Source: a virus
Lineage: Duplodnaviria; Caudoviricetes
IMG/VR virus record: IMGVR_UViG_3300032275_000010
Location: 1 to 35,419 of that record
DNA: 35,419 nt
Reading direction: 5' to 3' (one strand)
Of this stretch, positions 16,874 through 23,440 are shown piece after piece (position 1 is the stretch's first letter; each line of letters starts with the position of its first letter). The notes beneath the pieces are model-generated. The model did no database searches. It worked only from the letters and a program-made list of their open reading frames with translations, and had not been told where the DNA came from. Position numbers and translations under genes: made by a program.

Positions 16874-17832
16874 GCTTCATATTCAGAAAAGCCGAACGTG
16901 AAAACGTGGCGCTGCTGATCGGCCTGGTTGGTGGCACCGGATCGGGAAAAACATTCACCGCGATGCGGCTGGCCAGCGGAATATGCGGAGATCGTCCTTT
17001 CGCGGTGATCGATACCGAGGCGGGTAGGGCCAAGCATTATGCCGACCAGTTCAATTTTGATCATGGCGACCTTGCGCCGCCATTCAGGCCGGAAGCCTAC
17101 ACCGAAGCAATCCACGCAGCCGACAAGGCCGGTTATCCGGTAATCGTGGTGGACAGCACATCGCTGGTCTGGGCAGGCGATGGTGGAGTGCTGGATTGGC
17201 AGGAAGAGGAGCTTAACCGCATGGCAGGCGACGACTGGAAAAAGCGCGAAGCTGTTAAGATGGCCGCGTGGATCAAGCCCAAGATGGCCCATAAAAAAAT
17301 GGTGCAATCGCTGCTCCAGGTGCGCGCCCACTTGATCCTGTGCTTTCGCGCAGAGCAAAAAGTGGAAATGACCCGCGACCCTGAAACAAAAAAGATGATC
17401 ATCCAAGCGAAACAATCACTGACCGGGCTGGATGGATGGATTCCCGTGTGTGATAAATCCCTTCCTTTTGAACTTACGACCAGCCTGCTATTCACCGCTG
17501 ACGCGCCAGGCATCCCGAAGCCAATCAAGTTACAGGAACAACATCGCGCGCTATTCCCGCTAAATCAGCAGGTAAACGAGGATTCAGGCCGGCGGATCGC
17601 TGAATGGGCAAAGGGCGGAGCCAAGAAAGTACCAAATATAGCACCGGCTGAGTGCATCACCGTGGATCAGGTCATTTTCCTGACCGACTCCCTGGCTGAA
17701 AAGGGCGTAGCAAAAGAACGTTTACTGGCTGCCGCTGGCAAAGCACTAGGCCACGAAGTCAGCACGCTTGCTACCTTACCCTCTGAATTTTACGACAAGG
17801 CTAAAATGTGGATAGAAAGGGCTGCGACATGA
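16870..17832 (+). CDS. Sak4-like / AAA_24 P-loop ATPase (putative recombinase)
   Basis: Walker A GGTGSGKT, 'VIDTE', 'VIVVDS' and 'HLILCFRAEQK'. Confidence 0.85.
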   Translation: MSFIFRKAERENVALLIGLVGGTGSGKTFTAMRLASGICGDRPFAVIDTEAGRAKHYADQFNFDHGDLAPPFRPEAYTEAIHAADKAGYPVIVVDSTSLVWAGDGGVLDWQEEELNRMAGDDWKKREAVKMAAWIKPKMAHKKMVQSLLQVRAHLILCFRAEQKVEMTRDPETKKMIIQAKQSLTGLDGWIPVCDKSLPFELTTSLLFTADAPGIPKPIKLQEQHRALFPLNQQVNEDSGRRIAEWAKGGAKKVPNIAPAECITVDQVIFLTDSLAEKGVAKERLLAAAGKALGHEVSTLATLPSEFYDKAKMWIERAAT

Positions 17833-17912
17833 GAACTGATCCGTTTATTTATTTCTGCTGGGGCTGCATTTTTGTGGTTGTTGTGGCCTGTGCGCTGGTA
17901 GCGATACTTTGA
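17829..17912 (+). CDS. 27-aa putative membrane peptide (not in ORF track)
   Basis: MRTDPFIYFCWGCIFVVVVACALVAIL, ATGA overlap with the ATPase stop. Confidence 0.45.
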   Translation: MRTDPFIYFCWGCIFVVVVACALVAIL

Positions 17913-17938
17913 TGATCAAGACCTAAATGGAGATAACC

Positions 17939-18142
17939 ATGAAGTATGAATATAGAACCGGAGTGCCGATTGAAGATTGCCCATTTTGCGCTAACTCATG
18001 GGGGCCACCACAACCAGAACAAGCGCCTGATAATGGCCGCTGGCACGTCGGATGCATGAACCCGCATTGCGGAGCGAGCAGCGGATTTTGCGATTCCGAA
18101 AACGAGGCAATTGAACATTGGAACAAACGGCCTAACGTGTAG
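17939..18142 (+). CDS. Lar-family restriction-alleviation-like zinc-ribbon protein
   Basis: 'CPFC...CMNPHCGA...EAIEHWNKR' and GGAG RBS. Ends PNV inside attC B1. Confidence 0.75.
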   Translation: MKYEYRTGVPIEDCPFCANSWGPPQPEQAPDNGRWHVGCMNPHCGASSGFCDSENEAIEHWNKRPNV

Positions 18143-18209
18143 ATAAGAGGCGCACCGATTAGCAGCAACACCCCGACGATATTACGTCTGGTTGATGTAA
18201 CTGTTAGGC
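18130..18209 (-). mobile_element. attC-like site B1
   Basis: Minus strand GCCTAAC-agttac-ATCAA ... TTAT-ctacac-GTTAGGC. The inner stem is weak. Confidence 0.72.
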
Positions 18210-18230
18210 AAATTACGAAAAGGTAGGTAT

Positions 18231-18437
18231 ATGAAAGTGTGGATTCTGACAAGCGAATACAACGACTACGACCAGCATGGTGAGGTCTTTGAAGGGGTAT
18301 TTGCAAAAAAACCAACGTCTGCGCAAATACAAAAGTTCTGTGGAATAACCGAGAGCGGCGCAGATCATGTACTAGCAGGTGGGGGCAGACAGAGACACGA
18401 GGATAGCTGGTACATCTTAAAAGAATACGATGCCTAA
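18231..18437 (+). CDS. Cassette-borne hypothetical protein
   Basis: AGGTAGG RBS. The stop TAA is part of the GCCTAAC of B2. Confidence 0.75.
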   Translation: MKVWILTSEYNDYDQHGEVFEGVFAKKPTSAQIQKFCGITESGADHVLAGGGRQRHEDSWYILKEYDA

Positions 18438-18554
18438 CGTTAAATTAAAGGGCTGCCCCATAAAAGAAAAGATAACAGAGAAATGAAACCTGATGACGAA
18501 TTGAATAAAACAAAAGACGCAGAGGGGCAGTCACACTTGAATGGTGGGTTGGGT
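18432..18554 (-). mobile_element. attC-like site B2, loop carries RBS and ATG
   Basis: Minus strand ACCCAAC-ccacc-ATTCAAGTGTGACTGCCCC ... GGGGCAGCCCTTTAAT-ttaac-GTTAGGC. Confidence 0.82.
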
Positions 18555-18668
18555 ATCACTTCATGCAAAACTTGCAAAGATAAATCTTGCCATAGCAAGT
18601 ATTTTTATGAGCGTTTCATGGCTATACCGTTTTGCGGCGCCCACACAGACTATGAGCCTAGAGCATGA
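18483..18668 (+). CDS. Cassette-borne Cys-rich small protein
   Basis: Starts inside the B2 loop, with leader 'EGQSHLNGGLG'. Confidence 0.65.
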   Translation: MKPDDELNKTKDAEGQSHLNGGLGITSCKTCKDKSCHSKYFYERFMAIPFCGAHTDYEPRA

Positions 18669-18669
18669 T

Positions 18670-18734
18670 ACCCAACGTAGAGGTAAGGGGCTGACGCGCT
18701 TCTGCGGCAGTCCCGCTTCACCGCCGGGTTTGGC
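18670..18734 (-). mobile_element. attC-like site B3
   Basis: Minus strand GCCAAAC-ccggc-GGTGAAGCGGGACTGCCGC-agaagc-GCGTCAGCCCCTTACC-tctac-GTTGGGT, 65 bp. Confidence 0.87.
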
Positions 18735-18748
18735 AATGAAAGGATGAT

Positions 18749-19090
18749 ATGAGCTTATTTCAGTGTGATAACTGCGGGTGTGCAGAGAATACAGCACTCG
18801 CGGCGCAAAGCGTACCAGAAGTATTTGCACAGTTTTACGACTGGGAAGGAATTGAAGAAAAAAAGGCCATGAGACTGTGCAGCGCATGTGGGCCGGAGAA
18901 ATATTATGATGGTACGCCGACTGAATATGGTAAATGGCACGGGCGATTTGCGCGAACATTTTTACCTCTCGGGATGTTTAAAACAGCGAGAAATGGAAAC
19001 CTTGAACATAAGGAAACCGGCGAACAGGATTATCATAAATATGCAGTGCCCAACGATAAATTAAGGGGCTGCCCCATAGAGAAAGGATAA
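18749..19090 (+). CDS. Cassette-borne hypothetical protein with two CxxC pairs
   Basis: 'MSLFQCDNCGCAENTAL...LCSACGP...GKWHGRF'. The C-terminus reads into B4. Confidence 0.8.
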   Translation: MSLFQCDNCGCAENTALAAQSVPEVFAQFYDWEGIEEKKAMRLCSACGPEKYYDGTPTEYGKWHGRFARTFLPLGMFKTARNGNLEHKETGEQDYHKYAVPNDKLRGCPIEKG

Positions 19091-19169
19091 CAGAGAAATG
19101 AATAATCAGACTGAAGTGAATGACAAAAAACACGTAGAGGGGCAGTCCCGCTTGAATGTAGGGTTGGAT
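19048..19169 (-). mobile_element. attC-like site B4 (paralog of B2), loop carries RBS and ATG
   Basis: Plus strand GCCCAAC-gataa-ATTAAGGGGCTGCCCC ... GGGGCAGTCCCGCTTGAAT-gtagg-GTTGGAT. Confidence 0.85.
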
Positions 19170-19451
19170 GCCATAGCATACATGATTTATTTATCGACGT
19201 GGACAAATGAAAATGAGTCTATAGAGAATTTCGATGATGCACTGTTACAGAAACTTTATGCTAAATGGATAGATAACTGGCTACCTGCAAAACATGAAGC
19301 ACATTGCGGCGATTGCATCGGAATAGCAGCATCATGCTTGCGTTGCAACGTAGAGCAAATATACACGGATGCGGAGAGAATAATCAAGGCGTCCAACGTA
19401 GAGTTAACCAGCTTGCCATTAACTGAAGGAGAAAATAGCAATGACAAATGA
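19098..19451 (+). CDS. Cassette-borne hypothetical protein
   Basis: Starts in the B4 loop (leader EGQSRLNVGLD), contains 'HCGDC...SCLRC', and ends inside B5. Confidence 0.75.
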   Translation: MNNQTEVNDKKHVEGQSRLNVGLDAIAYMIYLSTWTNENESIENFDDALLQKLYAKWIDNWLPAKHEAHCGDCIGIAASCLRCNVEQIYTDAERIIKASNVELTSLPLTEGENSNDK

Positions 19452-19521
19452 AACGATAGCAGCACCACAACAAACTAGCAAGCCAGCAGATGGCGAGTCC
19501 GAGTTGAACGCAAGGTTAGAA
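19391..19521 (-). mobile_element. attC-like site B5, loop carries RBS and ATG
   Basis: Plus strand GTCCAAC-gtaga-GTTAACCAGCTTGCCAT ... ATGGCGAGTCCGAGTTGAAC-gcaag-GTTAGAA. Confidence 0.83.
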
Positions 19522-19761
19522 CTCGAACTTTCAGCCCTCAATATGGCTGTGGATGTTTTCGCCGCACACATGAAGGTGAAGCTCGCAGAAAAAGCAGCTG
19601 CAGGTTGGTCAGGATGGAATGTCAACGGGTACTCATCAATAATTGCGTCCCGATTACTACATAAAGCGAACCTTGTAGAGTATGACCGGAAGCAGGCTGT
19701 CGATGTGGCAAACTTAGCCATGATGCTGTGGTATAAATCAGAGAGTTCTAACGTAGAATAG
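19441..19761 (+). CDS. Cassette-borne phage protein (possible all-alpha NTP-pyrophosphatase-like fold)
   Basis: AAGGAG RBS in the B5 loop. 'FAAHMKVKLAEK...GWSGW...VDVANLAMMLW' motif. The fold call is tentative. Confidence 0.7.
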   Translation: MTNETIAAPQQTSKPADGESELNARLELELSALNMAVDVFAAHMKVKLAEKAAAGWSGWNVNGYSSIIASRLLHKANLVEYDRKQAVDVANLAMMLWYKSESSNVE

Positions 19762-19765
19762 ACGA
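19746..19765 (-). mobile_element. attC/attI-like half site B6
   Basis: TTCTAACGTAGAATAG matches the arm of the other sites, but no partner arm is visible. Confidence 0.55.
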
Positions 19766-19782
19766 CATAAATTTCTTATAAT

Positions 19783-20307
19783 CTACCAGCGATACGACAA
19801 TGAGCCTCCGATGATACTTGTTGAGTCAGTAGCAATACTGGCTGTTACTCCTAGATTAAAGCCTTTTACCTGAGCAAGTTCCCATGAACCTTGAAGGATA
19901 CCTATTCTTTCAGTTCCTTTTAGCCCATAGATAATTTTAACCTCTTTGGTATTTCTTGCTGCAAAAAATGGGTATGGCTCAATTCGCTGCAGTGTAGTGA
20001 AAGCATTAGTATTAAGGTCAAGTGTTGTCGTTACCGTAATTGGCCGTTCGCTGGGTTGAATACTCCGTGAAGATACCACTACCACGGATTTATTAGCGAT
20101 AATCTCAGCCGGCAACTGTAATTTTTCTTTGGCCTCTGGTTTGAATATCCGTATCTTGGCTTGGATAACCTCAGTAGGAACCATTTTAAGCTCTTTGGAT
20201 TGCTTTGGTTCAGTCCATTGACCAACAGGTGCGGGTGATGGCTTAAAGTACCACCATGAGCCTGCTATGATGGCTAGAATAAGTATCTCAGCTATGGTGC
20301 GGTTCAT
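19783..20307 (-). CDS. Lysis-module membrane protein (spanin-position)
   Basis: N-terminal TM helix, last gene of the lysis cluster, C-terminal amphipathic beta strands ending in W. Confidence 0.55.
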   Translation of the reverse strand: MNRTIAEILILAIIAGSWWYFKPSPAPVGQWTEPKQSKELKMVPTEVIQAKIRIFKPEAKEKLQLPAEIIANKSVVVVSSRSIQPSERPITVTTTLDLNTNAFTTLQRIEPYPFFAARNTKEVKIIYGLKGTERIGILQGSWELAQVKGFNLGVTASIATDSTSIIGGSLSYRW

Positions 20308-20549
20308 TTATCACGTAGAGCTGATTTTGTTTTAAACCGAAGGATGATATTCAGGACAATCAATATACCCATTGCGTTTTTGTAAAAGTTTGGATGAATA
20401 TAATTCTGAATTGCTGGAAAGTTTTCTTGTATATATGGAAGGGCACTAATCAGCGTCAGAGCTACGCTATTAACCCAGATAGTCAAAGATACATAAGCGC
20501 GTTTTAAATCGCTCCAAAGTCCATTTAGTAAGTCCTTAAGCCATTCCAT
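20304..20549 (-). CDS. Putative holin
   Basis: 81 aa with two hydrophobic segments and a basic C-terminus, adjacent to the endolysin. Confidence 0.7.
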   Translation of the reverse strand: MEWLKDLLNGLWSDLKRAYVSLTIWVNSVALTLISALPYIQENFPAIQNYIHPNFYKNAMGILIVLNIILRFKTKSALRDK

Positions 20550-20952
20550 GATCTTTCCTTTCTTGTTCTAGTGATTTGCCTTCTCGCAATTGGCAATGTG
20601 CAGTTTCTTTCAATTTCCCTGCCCATCTTCCTGCCCACTCCAAACCTATCTCTTCTGCAAGCCTTCCGCATCGTGAATACAATACTGAATTATCCCATTG
20701 AGGCTTACCAGCAATAAGAGGCACGAAATCAAAAGCACGACCAAAATTGTGCCAGCTATAACCGCCTCTAGCATTAGTAACGATTTTGCCACTAATAGTC
20801 CTGCCTTGAGCATATAAAACATCTTGCTCCTCCTTGCTTCTTAGTGTGCAGTAGATTAATACATCTATCATATTCTCCGCGCATAATTGGATAAACTCTT
20901 CCGCTTTCAATTGTACTTGTGGCAATAAATCTTTCAGGCTTTTTGAGGCCAT
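20536..20952 (-). CDS. Endolysin, M15 family L-Ala-D-Glu peptidase
   Basis: 'RSKEEQDVLYAQGRT', 'VTNARGGYSWHNFGRAFD' and 'GLEWAGRW...ETAHCQ'. Confidence 0.92.
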   Translation of the reverse strand: MASKSLKDLLPQVQLKAEEFIQLCAENMIDVLIYCTLRSKEEQDVLYAQGRTISGKIVTNARGGYSWHNFGRAFDFVPLIAGKPQWDNSVLYSRCGRLAEEIGLEWAGRWAGKLKETAHCQLREGKSLEQERKDHGMA

Positions 20953-20993
20953 TTGTTAGCTCCTTGAATAATTCAACGCTTCTTGTTTCAAAA

Positions 20994-21392
20994 TCACTTT
21001 CTAATCTTTCTGATTTCATTCAATATCTGTTCCTGTTTTTCATTGCTGTATAAATTACGATCTTTATTTTCTATTCTGATACTGGCGATAAGCCCAAGAT
21101 ATTCAATCCTATTTATATTGGTAATTCTGTTTGACTCTACAACTTTTTCATCAATCTTTTCAATCAATGAATTCTGTTTTTCAATAATTTCATTTTGTTT
21201 TAAAATAACACGCTCGATATAGGCACTTTGCAGCACCTGATTTGCTTGCGCGGCAGACAAGCCTATTCCCCATTGAACAATCCAAACAAGGCCGCTAAAA
21301 GCTGCCAGCACTGCTGCTGTGTTTCCGAAAAATGTAAGCTTTGCGTATTTCAGCAGGCTCCAGCGTTCAGGTATTGTGCGTTTTTCGTTCAT
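20994..21392 (-). CDS. Membrane protein with coiled coil (holin/antiholin-position)
   Basis: One TM segment plus a coiled coil, between the tailspike and the endolysin. Confidence 0.55.
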   Translation of the reverse strand: MNEKRTIPERWSLLKYAKLTFFGNTAAVLAAFSGLVWIVQWGIGLSAAQANQVLQSAYIERVILKQNEIIEKQNSLIEKIDEKVVESNRITNINRIEYLGLIASIRIENKDRNLYSNEKQEQILNEIRKIRK

Positions 21393-21398
21393 TTTTCA

Positions 21399-23384
21399 CT
21401 ATGTTATTGAATAGAATCCACCAATTTCAATAATCGCACCATCTACCGCAGGATATGAGTTGTCATACTTTCTAATAAGCATAACAGTAGCCCCTGGACC
21501 AATTGAACAAGTTAATGCAGCGCCAGTAACGCCAGATTCTCTTCCTGATCCTTGCGCTTTTGTTGCTCCATTAGCAATTGGTAATGTCACACTAAGTGAC
21601 CCAGAACCAGTTCCATTTGTTGTTATCGTTATTGACCCTGAAAAGAATACCGTACTCCCAATCACAGAATATTTAACTGCAATTGTACCGACTGTTGTTA
21701 TTGTTCCTACAGCTGCAGTAACAGTTGGCGTCCATGGTGCCCATGTTGTTGCTAAAGCAAGGGGTGTCCATGTCCCGGGTGTTCCAGCAGCAGTACATAT
21801 CCATGCAGGGATACTGGTTGATGCTGCTGCGTTATTCCATGCTATGTCACCTACTCTATATTTACCAACAGAAGGTACTGCATTAGCTATCAATTGAGAA
21901 CGACCGTTACCATCATTGACGTCACTTATACAGTCAAAAATATTCGTCCCAGTTATGAATGTGATTTGACTTGCGTTAAATGTTGGTATTTTGAATAAAT
22001 TATTAGACCCATCGCTAATAATTAATTTACCTGCCCCAGTAACCCCAGCATCCCACGACCTAATTGTAAATTTATTTCTATTACAATTTGCATCCAGCAT
22101 GATTCCATGCGCCCCTGGATAACTTGGGCCACAAGATATAATATCAAATACGTTATCGACTTTAACTGTAGTGCCGCCGCCAGCTAGAGAAATAGCGGCC
22201 GTAGTAAACCCATACATATACTCAACAGTAAATCTATTTGATTCACAGAAAAGTCCGATAGTAGATGGAGTGTGCAGCAATATACCTATATCACACTCGT
22301 ATAAATGTGATATGTAAATATTATTTGTGCCTTGATGGTTATTATTGGTATTGCCATCTAACCAAATACCTTTTGAGCACCCACGAATAACTTTTATATA
22401 AATAGAGGCTTGATCAAGAGCAGAACAATAAACCCCATTATTGATTTTAGTATTATCAGGAGAACCAATAATTTCATATATATTAAAACTATTCCAATAA
22501 TTTAATTCAGTTACCCCAGAACCGTAAGTAATAGGATATTCACCCTCGTATCTAAGATTAACAATCCAATTGTCAGCTGAATAGCTTGAACCAATAATAG
22601 TAGCCTGCGGGCCGTAGACTGAGCACTTAAATGGGTTAACCGCGCCAGGCGTAACGATATACATCCCAGCTGGGATTTCTAAAATTTTAGTTTTACCACA
22701 ATATGCGATGGCTAAATTGAACGCAGCAGTGTCGTTTGTCCCAGTTAATACACCAGCAACTAAAGCCCCATCACCCATAGCACCAAAGTCTTTAACTGAA
22801 ACATATTCCCTGGTTTTATCTTGCACTGTCCTAGTTACTGCTCCAGTACCAGATTGAATGAAGCCTACCAAGGATGAACCAGAAGATGCGGCAAGGTTGA
22901 CAAGTGATGTTCCCGTCTGCATCACAAACAATTTCAGTGCACCGAGCGTGTCGAAACCAATCATTTTGTTAGCGCGATCAGCAGCGGTTTCAGTAATCAC
23001 CTGATCCGTTACTGTATCCTCTCGTAGCTTGATTGAGCGGCTTGTATTTTGAAATACGGCCTGCAATGCTAACCATATACGGTCAAATTCATTATTTACA
23101 GTTGCTGCGATCCAGTCGCCAAACTGTTGAAAATCAACAGTCCGATTCAGTATCGGCACGAGCCGCAGAGTTAAGACAGTACCATTAACTGGTGCTACTG
23201 TGAAAGTGACATTGCCGCCAGTTCCGCTCCCAATACCGCTAACAGTAAAACCTGTCACTGTTACTACGTTATTGACCAGCACTTGCAAATCAGCAGCCGC
23301 AAGAATTTTAAAACCATAGGGGAATACTGTTGTTGCGCCGTTTGCCGTATAAGCGTTGAACGTTGTTTGTACTGGGACTGTCAT
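21399..23384 (-). CDS. Tail fibre/tailspike with predicted beta-helix depolymerase
   Basis: T7 gp17-like N-terminal anchor ('YTANGATTVFPYGFKI...NNEFDRIWLALQ'). 'VSVKDFGAMGDG...NDTAAF' start of a pectate-lyase-like beta helix. Confidence 0.88.
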   Translation of the reverse strand: MTVPVQTTFNAYTANGATTVFPYGFKILAAADLQVLVNNVVTVTGFTVSGIGSGTGGNVTFTVAPVNGTVLTLRLVPILNRTVDFQQFGDWIAATVNNEFDRIWLALQAVFQNTSRSIKLREDTVTDQVITETAADRANKMIGFDTLGALKLFVMQTGTSLVNLAASSGSSLVGFIQSGTGAVTRTVQDKTREYVSVKDFGAMGDGALVAGVLTGTNDTAAFNLAIAYCGKTKILEIPAGMYIVTPGAVNPFKCSVYGPQATIIGSSYSADNWIVNLRYEGEYPITYGSGVTELNYWNSFNIYEIIGSPDNTKINNGVYCSALDQASIYIKVIRGCSKGIWLDGNTNNNHQGTNNIYISHLYECDIGILLHTPSTIGLFCESNRFTVEYMYGFTTAAISLAGGGTTVKVDNVFDIISCGPSYPGAHGIMLDANCNRNKFTIRSWDAGVTGAGKLIISDGSNNLFKIPTFNASQITFITGTNIFDCISDVNDGNGRSQLIANAVPSVGKYRVGDIAWNNAAASTSIPAWICTAAGTPGTWTPLALATTWAPWTPTVTAAVGTITTVGTIAVKYSVIGSTVFFSGSITITTNGTGSGSLSVTLPIANGATKAQGSGRESGVTGAALTCSIGPGATVMLIRKYDNSYPAVDGAIIEIGGFYSIT

Positions 23385-23424
23385 GGTTGTGCACCTCCGT
23401 TTTTGTGATTATGGTTATTTCCCC

Positions 23425-23440
23425 GTGCAATTTCTTGACT
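23425..23440 (-). promoter_or_regulatory. Putative late promoter/activator site, copy 3
   Basis: AGTCAAGAAATTGCAC, then CATAAT 11 bp later, upstream of the tailspike GGAGG RBS. Confidence 0.68.

Noticed and set aside
16243-17528. Long minus-strand ORFs opposite the coiled-coil and ATPase genes
   Set aside because: Antisense shadows of well-supported genes, with no recognisable motifs.
18130-19765. Interpreting the repeats as CRISPR, REP elements or terminators
   Set aside because: The units are divergent, separated by whole ORFs and lack U-tracts. They show attC-specific AAC/GTT cores and unpaired-base asymmetry.
21399-23384. Diversity-generating retroelement, as in BPP-1
   Set aside because: No reverse transcriptase ORF and no adenine-mismatched TR/VR repeat pair seen.
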